Position numbers and translations under genes: made by a program
In this document: positions 1 through 8,410 of the stretch, in pieces
Position numbering within the stretch: the first letter of the stretch is position 1
Layout of the letters: the number at the start of each line of letters is the position of its first letter
Notes under the pieces: model-generated
Told to the model about the DNA's origin: nothing
Database searches by the model: none
What the model saw: the letters and a program-made list of their open reading frames with translations, nothing else
NCBI GenBank assembly: GCA_021817645.1
Contig: JAKAGH010000001.1
Location: 1 to 47,988 of the forward strand
Direction of reading: 5' to 3'
DNA from: Deltaproteobacteria bacterium
GTDB lineage: Bacteria; Desulfobacterota; Desulfobaccia; Desulfobaccales; 0-14-0-80-60-11
DNA: 47,988 nucleotides

Positions 1-71
1 ACCTTGCCCCGCTTGGCGTCCAGGGCTCCCTTTTTGCGCTTGATGGTGCTCCACTTGGAATGGCCGGACAT
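1..71 (-). CDS. YebC/PmpR (TACO1) family regulator, N-terminal fragment; the gene runs off the left edge
   Basis: The reverse complement reads MSGHSKWSTIKRKKGALDAKRGK.., which matches the conserved YebC-family N-terminus. An AAGGAG lies 8 nt upstream of the ATG (69..71 on the minus strand). It is absent from the ORF track because it is truncated. Confidence 0.6.
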   Translation of the reverse strand, partial: MSGHSKWSTIKRKKGALDAKRGK

Positions 72-140
72 CTGGCTTACTCCTTAAATTCAGTGGTCAG
101 TGGCCACTAATTTTTCTCTTTGTCTTGGTGGTGAAAATAT

Positions 141-752
141 TTATTCTTTTTCCTTCCCCACCCCAGCCCGCCGGTTCAGGGCCAGGAGATAAATCTCCTT
201 GCTGGCCGCGCGGGAGCCCGGGGGCTTCACCCGGCGGCAGATTTGAAACGCTTTTTCCAACTCCCGGAACAAAACCTCAATCCCGGGGCCTTCAAAGACC
301 TTCACCAGGAAATGCCCTCCGGGCCGGAGCAGCTTCCCGGCCCACCCCCAGGCGGTCAGGGCCAGCTCCAGGGACCGTTGCTGATCCACCTCCCTGATCC
401 CCGTAGTCCTGGGGGCCATATCGCTGACCACTGCGTCGAAATCAGGACTGATGGCGGTAATGGTCTCCAGGTCCAGGGTGGCCAGGTCTCCCAGGACGAA
501 GTGCACGGGCGGCGCCATTTTGATGGCCGGAGGTGTCAGGTCCACCCCCACCACCAGGCCGGCGGGCCCCACCCGGGAGGCGAGGTATTGCAGCCAGGAC
601 CCAGGCGCGCAGCCCAGATCCAGCACACGCTGGCCCCGCTGCAGCAGACGGTACTTTTCGTCAATCGCCTTTAATTTATAGATGGACCGGGCTACATACC
701 CTTCGGCCTGGGCCTTGGTGCGGTAAGAGTCCGGCAACCCGGGGCGAGGCAT
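141..752 (-). CDS. rlmE: 23S rRNA 2'-O-ribose methyltransferase RlmE (FtsJ)
   Basis: 203-aa ORF. It has the SAM-binding motif VLDLGCAPGSW, the DAVVSDMAP motif and a KVF.G segment typical of FtsJ/RlmE. Confidence 0.9.
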   Translation of the reverse strand: MPRPGLPDSYRTKAQAEGYVARSIYKLKAIDEKYRLLQRGQRVLDLGCAPGSWLQYLASRVGPAGLVVGVDLTPPAIKMAPPVHFVLGDLATLDLETITAISPDFDAVVSDMAPRTTGIREVDQQRSLELALTAWGWAGKLLRPGGHFLVKVFEGPGIEVLFRELEKAFQICRRVKPPGSRAASKEIYLLALNRRAGVGKEKE

Positions 753-836
753 GGTTGCAAAGCCTATCTTCGTAAATTAACTGGATTTCTTTTAACACAG
801 GAACCTCTCATTAGCAATCAAAAAACCCTGGTGACA

Positions 837-879
837 CCGGCTTTGTCAATATTTTGACAAAGTCCGGTATCTTTGACAC
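837..879. promoter_or_regulatory. Palindromic operator/UAS candidate: CTTTGTCAA-TATT-TTGACAAAG plus a third half-site, CTTTGACAC
   Basis: Perfect 9-bp inverted repeat at 841..849 and 854..862, flanked by CCGG. A related half-site sits at 871..879. The centre lies about 125 bp upstream of the sigma-54 -12 element. Both arms also read as TTGACA -35 hexamers pointing in opposite directions, in the rlmE/fliL divergent region. Confidence 0.4.
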
Positions 880-962
880 GCTCTCCGGCGCCAATATTCC
901 CGGAAAAATTTAATTTCCTTTGCCTATCAGGGTTTACGTCTCTGCTCCCGGTCTTTTCCGGC

Positions 963-978
963 TGGCACAATCATTGCT
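963..978 (+). promoter_or_regulatory. sigma-54 (RpoN) promoter, -24/-12 type
   Basis: TGGCAC-AATCA-TTGCT matches the TGGCAC-N5-TTGCW consensus exactly. It lies about 40 nt upstream of the fliL ATG. Confidence 0.65.
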
Positions 979-1015
979 CATTGTGACTAAAAAAATTGCG
1001 CGAAGGAGCGCGTTA

Positions 1016-1492
1016 ATGGCCCGAGAAAAAGAACTGCCCCCCGAACCGGTCGAAGAGGCCCCTCCCAGGAAGAAAGGCAAGATGAAGCTCATTCTCTTCA
1101 TCGTCCTGCCGATTCTGCTGCTGGGCGGCGGCTTTTTTGGCTACCTCATCCTCTCCGAGGATTCGGCCCCCGCCAAGGCAGAGCATCAAGAGAAGGCACT
1201 CATGCCCCTGGAGCCCTTTCTGGTAAATCTGGCCGACAAGGACGCGAGGCGCTATCTTAAAGTAAAGATCGACCTGGAAGTGGACAATGAAAAGGCCGCC
1301 AAAGAACTGGAAAAGTCCCTGCCCCGCATCCGGGATCAGCTCATTTTCCTGCTGAGCAGCAAGAGCTATCCGGATATTGCCACTCCGGAAGGCAAACACC
1401 AGTTGAAAAAAGATATCGTGGCCCGGTTGCACGCCATACCTGCAGGCAAGAAGATCAGCGCCGCGTATTTCACCGAATTTGTGGCCCAATAG
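1016..1492 (+). CDS. fliL: Flagellar basal-body-associated protein FliL
   Basis: ATG at 1016 follows a GAAGGAG. The protein has a single N-terminal TM (LILFIVLPILLLGGGFFGYLIL) and a FliL core (LEPFLVNLAD..RYLKVKIDLEV). It lies directly upstream of fliM. Confidence 0.85.
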   Translation: MAREKELPPEPVEEAPPRKKGKMKLILFIVLPILLLGGGFFGYLILSEDSAPAKAEHQEKALMPLEPFLVNLADKDARRYLKVKIDLEVDNEKAAKELEKSLPRIRDQLIFLLSSKSYPDIATPEGKHQLKKDIVARLHAIPAGKKISAAYFTEFVAQ

Positions 1493-1501
1493 GAGTTCAG
1501 C

Positions 1502-2485
1502 GTGACCAAAGTTCTGTCCCAGGAAGAAGTTGATGCCCTCCTCAAGGGGATGATCGAGGGAGAAATCGACGTTGAAACCGACCACGCCGCTCCTGAAGAG
1601 GGGGTAATCAGCTACGATTTCACCTCCCAGGAACGGATCATCCGCGGCCGCATGCCCACCCTGGAAGTGATCAACGAGCATTTCGCCCGGGCCTTCCGGG
1701 TTTCTTTGTCCATGATCCTGCGGCGCAACGTGGATATCCAGACCAACTTCGTGCAGATGGTGAAATTCGGGGAATTCCTCCGGTCCCTGCCCCTGCCCAG
1801 CAGTTTCCACATTCACAAGATGGATCCGCTGCGGGGGCAATGCCTCTTGGTGGTGGACAGCAAGCTGGTCTTCGCCCTGGTGGAGTGTTTCTTAGGGGGA
1901 ACCGCCAAAACCCGGTTTAAGATTGAAGGCCGGGATTTCACCACCATTGAACGCCGCCTGATCAGCAAGGTGGTGCTCATGGCCTTCCAGGATCTGGAAA
2001 AGGCCTGGGCCCCGGTGCATCCGGTGAAAATGAATCTGGTGCGGGTGGAGATCAATCCCATGTTTGTAGGCATCGCCACCCCCAATGACATCGTGGTTAT
2101 CAGCAAGTTCCAGGTGGAAATGGAGCAGACCGACGGTTTCATCACCGTGTGCATCCCCTACTCCACCATTGAACCCATTAAAGGCAAGCTCTATTCCGGG
2201 TTCCAGAGCGAACAGCTGGAGAAGGACAGCAGCTGGACCACCCGCATCCATGAACAGCTCCATGATATGACGGTGAACGTGGTGGTGGAGCTGGCCTCCA
2301 CAGTGATGAACGCCCAGGATGTGCTGAACTTGAGCGTCGGCGATGTCATTCTCTTTGAAAAGAGAGTAACTGACCCGCTGTTGGCCAAGGTGGAAGGCAT
2401 CCCCAAGTTTCTGGGGAGCGCCGGGCAGGTCCGCAACTCCAAGGCCTTTCAGCTACGCAGCATGCTGCATACGCCGTCGCATTAA
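1502..2485 (+). CDS. fliM: Flagellar motor switch protein FliM
   Basis: GTG start follows an AGGAG. The N-terminus LSQEEVDALL is the CheY-P binding motif. Length is 327 aa, and the gene sits between fliL and fliN. Confidence 0.95.
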   Translation: MTKVLSQEEVDALLKGMIEGEIDVETDHAAPEEGVISYDFTSQERIIRGRMPTLEVINEHFARAFRVSLSMILRRNVDIQTNFVQMVKFGEFLRSLPLPSSFHIHKMDPLRGQCLLVVDSKLVFALVECFLGGTAKTRFKIEGRDFTTIERRLISKVVLMAFQDLEKAWAPVHPVKMNLVRVEINPMFVGIATPNDIVVISKFQVEMEQTDGFITVCIPYSTIEPIKGKLYSGFQSEQLEKDSSWTTRIHEQLHDMTVNVVVELASTVMNAQDVLNLSVGDVILFEKRVTDPLLAKVEGIPKFLGSAGQVRNSKAFQLRSMLHTPSH

Positions 2486-2516
2486 CTTTTAAGAATACTG
2501 GAGGAGATCTAGGACT

Positions 2517-2912
2517 ATGGCATCTGATCCGAATACCCCACGCGTAATGGATTACGACTGGGAAAAAGCCCTGGAGCAACCTTCCGGGGCTGAGGAACCT
2601 GGCGCAGCGGCAGCCGCCCCCGATGCGGGCCAAGCAGCCCAGGAAAGAGGCAAAGGCAACCTGGACATGCTCCTGGACATCCCTCTGGAAATCACCGCGG
2701 AGTTGGGCCGGGCCAAAATGATCATCAACGACCTCCTGCAGTTGGGCCAGGGTTCGGTGATCGAACTCAACAAACTGGCCGGAGAACCCCTGGAGATCCT
2801 GATCAACCAGAAGCTCATCGCCCGGGGGGAAGTGGTGGTGGTCAATGAGAAGTTCGGCATCCGCCTGACGGATGTTATCAGTCCCTTGGAACGTATTAAG
2901 CAGTTGACCTGA
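2517..2912 (+). CDS. fliN: Flagellar motor switch protein FliN
   Basis: The C-terminal SpoA domain reads LLDIPLEITAELGRAKMIINDLLQLGQGSVIELNKLAGEPLEILINQKLIARGEVVVVNEKFGIRL. Confidence 0.95.
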   Translation: MASDPNTPRVMDYDWEKALEQPSGAEEPGAAAAAPDAGQAAQERGKGNLDMLLDIPLEITAELGRAKMIINDLLQLGQGSVIELNKLAGEPLEILINQKLIARGEVVVVNEKFGIRLTDVISPLERIKQLT

Positions 2913-2917
2913 GGCGG

Positions 2918-3340
2918 ATGATGATGGATTTCGGGGGATGGATTTTTGGGGGCTGGGGCGGGCTGTGGGCTGCCGCCCAGGATGCAGGCGGGCTGGCTGC
3001 CGCCAACGCCGCGGCCCCGGAATTTCCTTTCTGGCAACATCTCATCCGGGTGGCCGCCGTGTTGAGCGGGATGATGGGCTTGCTGGTTCTGGGCCTGTAT
3101 CTCTGGAAGAGATCCGGGTTTCTGCGCCCCCAAGGGGTGTCCCCGTTAATCCAGGTGCTGGCCACCCATTATCTGGCTCCCAAAAAGGCCCTGATCATAG
3201 TGGCGGTGGGCAAGGAAAGATTGCTCCTGGCCAGCGCCGGAGATCAGTTGCAACTGGTCACTTCCCTGGCCCCGGAAGTCCAGGCGGAAGCGCCGGCGGC
3301 GCCACTCCCTTTAAAAAATGGGAAAGAAGGACGCGGATGA
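2918..3340 (+). CDS. fliO: Flagellar biosynthesis protein FliO
   Basis: 140 aa with a single TM (VAAVLSGMMGLLVLGLYLW). It has the FliO-like segment L..HYLAPKKALIIVAVGKERLLLASAGDQ. It sits between fliN and fliP, and its stop overlaps the fliP ATG (ATGA). Confidence 0.7.
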   Translation: MMMDFGGWIFGGWGGLWAAAQDAGGLAAANAAAPEFPFWQHLIRVAAVLSGMMGLLVLGLYLWKRSGFLRPQGVSPLIQVLATHYLAPKKALIIVAVGKERLLLASAGDQLQLVTSLAPEVQAEAPAAPLPLKNGKEGRG

Positions 3341-4086
3341 AGGCAAGGATTTTTCAGGCTATCTTACTGTTCTTACTCTGCCTGCAGGTCAGGCCCGCCT
3401 GGGCCGCGCCCGCAACCGGCCTGGGGAGCCTGGGTCTGGACCAGATGCTGGCCCCGGAGCGTTTGAGCCTGTCCTTGCAGCTCATGCTGCTCCTCACCGT
3501 TCTCTCCTTGGCCCCCGCCATAGTGATCATGGTCACTTCCTTCACCCGGCTGGCAGTGGTCTTTTCCTTTCTGCGCCAGGCCATGGGCACCCAGCAGATG
3601 CCCCCCAACCAGATTCTTATTGCCCTGGCCCTGTTTCTTACGGTCTTTATCATGGCCCCGGTGTGGCAGGACATCCAGCAAAACGCGGTCAAGCCTTATA
3701 TCAACCAGCAGATGAGCGGGGAAGAGGCAGTGAAAAAGGGGTTGGAACCCTTGCGGGGTTTCATGCTGAAACAAACCCGGGAAAAGGATTTGGGGCTGTT
3801 TGTGAACATCTCCAAGACGCCCCGGCCCAAAACCCCCCAGGACATTCCCATTGCCACCCTGATCCCGGCCTTTATGATCAGCGAGCTCAGGACCGCGTTT
3901 GAGATCGGTTTTCTCATCTACCTGCCCTTTTTGATCATCGACATGGTGGTGGCTTCGGTCCTTTTGTCCATGGGCATGATGATGCTGCCCCCGGTGATGA
4001 TTTCCCTGGTGTTTAAGGTTTTGCTTTTTGTGCTGGTGGACGGCTGGAACCTGGTGGTTGGTTCTTTGGTTCGAAGTTTTCAATGA
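3337..4086 (+). CDS. fliP: Flagellar type III export apparatus protein FliP
   Basis: The internal ATG at 3337 gives a signal peptide, MKARIFQAILLFLLCLQVRPAWA. The conserved FliP core VTSFTRLAVVFSFLRQAMG is present. The longer ORF-track form (from 2938) overlaps fliO and is rejected. Confidence 0.95.
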   Translation: MKARIFQAILLFLLCLQVRPAWAAPATGLGSLGLDQMLAPERLSLSLQLMLLLTVLSLAPAIVIMVTSFTRLAVVFSFLRQAMGTQQMPPNQILIALALFLTVFIMAPVWQDIQQNAVKPYINQQMSGEEAVKKGLEPLRGFMLKQTREKDLGLFVNISKTPRPKTPQDIPIATLIPAFMISELRTAFEIGFLIYLPFLIIDMVVASVLLSMGMMMLPPVMISLVFKVLLFVLVDGWNLVVGSLVRSFQ

Positions 4087-4105
4087 CCCGGAAAAGGGAG
4101 AAGAA

Positions 4106-4375
4106 ATGAGTCCGGAAACAGTGATCGGTGTGGCTCGGCAGGCCCTGCAGGTGACGCTGCTCGTGTCCCTGCCCATCCTGGGTATCGGTTTGGTGGTGGG
4201 CGTCCTGGTCAGCCTGGTGCAAGCCGCCACCCAGATTCAGGAAATGACCCTGACCTTTGTGCCCAAGATTGTCTCCATTTTTGTGGGTCTGCTCCTGCTT
4301 TTACCCTGGATCATGAATCACCTGATGTCGTTTACCCTGGAAATTTTTAACAATATTCCCAATTACGTGCGTTAA
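4106..4375 (+). CDS. fliQ: Flagellar type III export apparatus protein FliQ
   Basis: An 89-aa, two-TM protein starting MSPETVIGVARQALQVTLLVSLPILG, preceded by GGGAGAAG. It occupies the synteny slot between fliP and fliR. Confidence 0.9.
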   Translation: MSPETVIGVARQALQVTLLVSLPILGIGLVVGVLVSLVQAATQIQEMTLTFVPKIVSIFVGLLLLLPWIMNHLMSFTLEIFNNIPNYVR

Positions 4376-4386
4376 CGGAGCCGCGG

Positions 4387-5163
4387 ATGCCCGCTCTGAT
4401 CTTGAAAATGCAACAATTTTTACTGGTGGCGACCCGGGTGGGGTGCATCCTCTTCTTTTTGCCCATCTGGGATAGCCGCCTCATTCCCGTTCAGATCCGG
4501 GTTTTTTCCATCCTGGTGATCTCCCTGGCCTTAACGCCGGTGGTCGCCGGCACCCTGCCGCCCTTTCCCGAGACCTGGCTGGCGGGGGTGGGCCTGGTGC
4601 TCCGGGAGTTGCTCCTGGGCCTATCCCTGGGCATGGTGGTGCGCTTCATCTTCTCCGGGGTGCAGATGGCCGGAGATTTTCTGGGGATCCAGATGGGATT
4701 CGGCATGGTAAACCTGATCGATCCCAACAGCGGCGTCCATACCACGGTGATGGGGGATATCATGCTGCTGGTGGCCACGCTGCTCTTCCTGGCCGCGGAC
4801 GGTCACCACCTGGTCCTGGCGGTCCTGGCCCAAAGTTTTGGGGAAGTGCCGGTGGGGGGGGCGGGGTTGATGCCGGGAGGCCTTTTCAACATCCTGGTGC
4901 CCCTGGGCCACTTGATGTATCAAATGATGGTGAAACTGGTGGCCCCGGTGATCCTGATCCTGTTTTTGACGCAAATCGCCATGGGCCTGGTGGCCCGCAC
5001 TGTCCCCCAGGTGCAGGTGATGATTCTGGCCTTTCCTTTGACCATTGCCCTGGGACTGGTTTTTCTTTCCCTGTCCCTGATGCTCATCGGTCCCTATGTG
5101 GTGGGGCAATTTTCCTGGATGCAACACCCTTTGACCCAGGTTCTGAAGGCCTGGCACGGGTAA
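4387..5163 (+). CDS. fliR: Flagellar type III export apparatus protein FliR
   Basis: 258-aa polytopic membrane protein in the fliP-fliQ-fliR-flhB order. Confidence 0.9.
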   Translation: MPALILKMQQFLLVATRVGCILFFLPIWDSRLIPVQIRVFSILVISLALTPVVAGTLPPFPETWLAGVGLVLRELLLGLSLGMVVRFIFSGVQMAGDFLGIQMGFGMVNLIDPNSGVHTTVMGDIMLLVATLLFLAADGHHLVLAVLAQSFGEVPVGGAGLMPGGLFNILVPLGHLMYQMMVKLVAPVILILFLTQIAMGLVARTVPQVQVMILAFPLTIALGLVFLSLSLMLIGPYVVGQFSWMQHPLTQVLKAWHG

Positions 5164-5167
5164 AAGA

Positions 5168-5213
5168 CGGTTTCCGGTTTCCGGTTAAAGAAATAACCGG
5201 AAACCGGAAACCG
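5168..5213. repeat. Perfect 19-bp-stem hairpin built from CGGTTTC/CCGGAAA heptamers, between fliR and flhB
   Basis: CGGTTTCCGGTTTCCGGTT (5168..5186), loop AAAGAAAT, then AACCGGAAACCGGAAACCG (5195..5213). The arms are exact reverse complements. Confidence 0.85.
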
Positions 5214-5228
5214 AAAACGGATTAAGAA

Positions 5229-6308
5229 ATGTCGGACGATTACCAGGACAAAACAGAGCAACCTACCCCAAAGCGACGGGACGAAGCCCGGAATCAGGGG
5301 CGGGCATCCAAAAGCCGGGATCTGTCCGGGGCTTTGGTGCTCCTTACCGGTCTGCTGGGCCTCATCATTTGGGGACCGGTCCTGGGACGCAAGGTTATGG
5401 AAATGCTCCGGGTCTCGCTGGGCCAGATCCGCCCCGGAATCGTGGGCCCGAATCAGATGTCCGCGTTGTTTATGAACTTCGGCCTCACGTTAGGCGGGAT
5501 GTTGACCCCGATTTTTATCAGCCTGTCCGCGGCTGCGGTCCTGGGCACTTACGCCCAGGTGGGTAAAGTCTTCTCCACCACTCCCATCACTCCGGACTTC
5601 AACCGGCTGCAGCTCTTCTCGGGGTTAAAACGCTTATTTTCGCTAAACACCTTCGTGGAGATGGTGAAATCCATCGCCAAGATCGCCCTCATCGGCGCGG
5701 TGGCCTATTACTCCGTCAAGCGGGAACTCCCGGATATGCTGCCTCTTCTGAACCAGGAGGTGGGTCAGGTGACGTTGACCCTGACCGGCGCCACTTTCCG
5801 GGTTTGCGCCCGCATCATTCTGTCTCTGCTGGTGTTAGGGGCCCTGGATTATTTTTATCAGCGCTACCAGTTTGAAAAGAACCTGAAAATGACCAAGCAG
5901 GAAGTCAAAGACGAAATGCGGCAGACGGAAGGCGATCCCAAGGTCAAGGCCCGCATCCGCAGCCTCATGCGGCAGATGGCCACCAAGCGCATGATCGCCG
6001 ACGTCCCCGACGCCGATGTGGTGGTCACCAACCCCACCCATTACGCGGTGGCTCTGAAATACGACGGCGCCACCATGGTGGCTCCCCAGGTGGTGGCCAA
6101 AGGCCGGGGCTTCATTGCCCTGAAAATTATCGCGGTGGCCCAGGAAGCAGGAGTGCCCCGGGTGGAGAACCGGACCCTGGCCCGCTCCCTCTACCGCGCG
6201 GTGGAAGTGGGCAAGACCATCCCCAATAACCTGTACCGGGCGGTGGCTGAGGTCCTGGCTTATATTTACCGGCTGCGGACCGGGGCGGCGGCGGGAGGGG
6301 CGAGATGA
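5229..6308 (+). CDS. flhB: Flagellar type III export switch protein FlhB
   Basis: N-terminus DKTEQPTPKRRDEARNQG. The NPTH autocleavage motif (VVVTNPTHYAVAL) is present. Length is 359 aa. Confidence 0.95.
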   Translation: MSDDYQDKTEQPTPKRRDEARNQGRASKSRDLSGALVLLTGLLGLIIWGPVLGRKVMEMLRVSLGQIRPGIVGPNQMSALFMNFGLTLGGMLTPIFISLSAAAVLGTYAQVGKVFSTTPITPDFNRLQLFSGLKRLFSLNTFVEMVKSIAKIALIGAVAYYSVKRELPDMLPLLNQEVGQVTLTLTGATFRVCARIILSLLVLGALDYFYQRYQFEKNLKMTKQEVKDEMRQTEGDPKVKARIRSLMRQMATKRMIADVPDADVVVTNPTHYAVALKYDGATMVAPQVVAKGRGFIALKIIAVAQEAGVPRVENRTLARSLYRAVEVGKTIPNNLYRAVAEVLAYIYRLRTGAAAGGAR

Positions 6309-8410
6309 CCACCATGCCTCTGACCCAGAAAGCCTCTGCGCTGCAGGGATTCGGAGTCAACAAGGGCGAGATAGTTGTGGCCGCGGGGGTCATCATCACC
6401 CTCCTGGTGATGATCTTTCCCGTACCGGCCTTGGCTCTGGACCTGCTCTTGAGCTTCAACATCACTTTTTCCCTGATGGTGCTGCTGCTATCCTTGTACA
6501 CCGTCCGGCCCATTGAATTCTTTATCTTCCCTTCCCTGCTGTTGGTGACCACTTTATTCCGCCTCTCCCTGAACGTGGCTTCCACCCGGCTCATCCTCCT
6601 CCACGGTAATGAAGGAATGGAGGCCGCAGGCCGGGTCATCCGCTCCTTCGGGAGCTTTGTGGTGGGGGGCAATTATGTAGTGGGCGGCATCATGTTTTTA
6701 ATCCTGGTGGTCATCAACTTCATCGTTATTATCAAGGGGTCCACCCGGATCGCCGAAGTTGCGGCCCGCTTCACCTTGGATGCCATGCCCGGCAAGCAGA
6801 TGAGCATCGACGCCGACCTCAATGCCGGCTATATCGATGACAATGAGGCCCGGAAACGGCGGGCCGCCCTGTCCCGGGAAGGCGAGTTTTACGGGGCCAT
6901 GGACGGCGCGTCCAAGTTCGTCCGGGGGGAAGCCATGGCCGGCATCCTGATCATGGCCATCAACATCATAGGCGGCCTGATTATCGGCGTGGCCCAACAC
7001 AACATGAGCTTCGGGGACGCAGCCCAAACCTTCAGCCTCCTGACCATCGGTGAAGGTCTGGTGGGGCAGATCCCGGCCTTGCTGGTGTCCGCGTCCGCAG
7101 GTTTGATCGTCAGCAAGGCCGCATCCGAAGCCAGCCTGGGGGATGAATACGCCAAGCAATTCACCCTGAAACCCCAGGCCATGAGCGTGGCCGCGGGGAT
7201 CATCTTCCTCGTCGGCCTGGTTCCGGGCCTGCCCCATGTGCCCTTCCTCGTCCTCGCCCTGTTAGCCGGAGGCGTGGCCTACGCGGCTCGCAACTCCCAG
7301 CAAAAGGCCGAGGCCGCGGCCATCGAAGCCAAGAAAGCTCCAGTTAAGGCCAAGGGGCCGGAGCCCATGGAAAACCTTCTGACCCTGGACCTCCTGGAGT
7401 TAGAGGCGGGCTACGGCTTGATCCCCCTGGTGGATGAATCCCAGGACGGCGAATTGCTGGAACGCATCCGGGCCTTAAGAAGGCAATTCGCCACGGAGAT
7501 GGGAGTGATTGTGCCTCCCATCCATATCCGGGATAACCTGCAGCTCAAGCCGGGGGGCTATGTGATCCTCATTAAGGGGGTGGAAGTGGCCCGGGGCGAA
7601 ATGATGGTCGGCTATTATCTGGCCCTGCACCCCGGAGACACCCTGCGCCAGATCGAAGGCATTCCCACCCGGGAACCTACTTTCAATCTGCCGGCGCTGT
7701 GGATCAACGCCAGCAAGAAAGAAGAAGCCCAACACCTGGGCTATACCGTGGTCAATCAGGCCAGCGTCATCGCCACCCACCTCTCAGAGGTGATCCGCAC
7801 CCACTGCCATGAACTCCTGGGACGGCAGGACGTGCAAAAACTCCTGGACCGCGTGAACCAGTCCAACCCCAAGGTCGTGGAAGAACTGACCCCCACGCTG
7901 CTGTCCGTGGGCGGCATCCAAAAGGTGCTCCAAAACCTGGTCCAGGAACGGATCTCCATCCGGGATATGCTCACCATCCTGGAGACCCTGGCGGATTACG
8001 CCCCGTACACCAAGGACCCGGACATCCTCACGGAATATGTGCGGCAACGCCTGGGCCGGGCCCTGACCAAACCCCTGGAGGGTCCGGACAACAAAGTCAT
8101 GGTCTATTCCCTGGACCCCTTCATCGAGGACCTGATCAAGGACAGCCTGCAAAAGACGGATTACGGCGTCTTTCTGGCCATGGCCCCGGATACGGCCCAG
8201 GAAATCATCAAAGCCTTGCAGGAGGCCGCGGAAAAGGCCACGGCCCTAAACCAGCAACCCATTATCGTGTGTTCTCCCGGAGTACGGCGGCATCTCCGGC
8301 GCCTGGTGGAAAGACAACTGCCCACTTTACGGGTCTTGTCCCACCATGAGCTGGTCACCGATGCCACTATCCAATCCATGGGAGTAGTGAGTTTAAGCCA
8401 TGAAGCTTAA
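6305..8410 (+). CDS. flhA: Flagellar type III export gate protein FlhA
   Basis: 701 aa. The conserved segment INFIVIIKGSTRIAEVAARFTLDAMPGKQMSIDADL is present. The start overlaps the flhB stop (ATGA). Confidence 0.97.
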   Translation: MTTMPLTQKASALQGFGVNKGEIVVAAGVIITLLVMIFPVPALALDLLLSFNITFSLMVLLLSLYTVRPIEFFIFPSLLLVTTLFRLSLNVASTRLILLHGNEGMEAAGRVIRSFGSFVVGGNYVVGGIMFLILVVINFIVIIKGSTRIAEVAARFTLDAMPGKQMSIDADLNAGYIDDNEARKRRAALSREGEFYGAMDGASKFVRGEAMAGILIMAINIIGGLIIGVAQHNMSFGDAAQTFSLLTIGEGLVGQIPALLVSASAGLIVSKAASEASLGDEYAKQFTLKPQAMSVAAGIIFLVGLVPGLPHVPFLVLALLAGGVAYAARNSQQKAEAAAIEAKKAPVKAKGPEPMENLLTLDLLELEAGYGLIPLVDESQDGELLERIRALRRQFATEMGVIVPPIHIRDNLQLKPGGYVILIKGVEVARGEMMVGYYLALHPGDTLRQIEGIPTREPTFNLPALWINASKKEEAQHLGYTVVNQASVIATHLSEVIRTHCHELLGRQDVQKLLDRVNQSNPKVVEELTPTLLSVGGIQKVLQNLVQERISIRDMLTILETLADYAPYTKDPDILTEYVRQRLGRALTKPLEGPDNKVMVYSLDPFIEDLIKDSLQKTDYGVFLAMAPDTAQEIIKALQEAAEKATALNQQPIIVCSPGVRRHLRRLVERQLPTLRVLSHHELVTDATIQSMGVVSLSHEA

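Noticed and set aside
1013-1840. 275-aa minus-strand ORF antisense to fliL/fliM
   Set aside because: It is a shadow ORF opposite genes with unmistakable FliL and FliM motifs. The sequence is low-complexity and G/P/H/Q-rich, with no start-site signals.
2938-3336. N-terminal 133-codon extension of the fliP ORF
   Set aside because: It overlaps fliO in another frame. FliP begins with a canonical signal peptide at the internal ATG at 3337, which is coupled to the fliO stop.
3373-4230. 285-aa minus-strand ORF antisense to fliP/fliQ
   Set aside because: The translation is His/Gly/Gln-rich and low in complexity. The sense strand carries the conserved FliP core, which is typical of an open antisense frame in GC-rich DNA.
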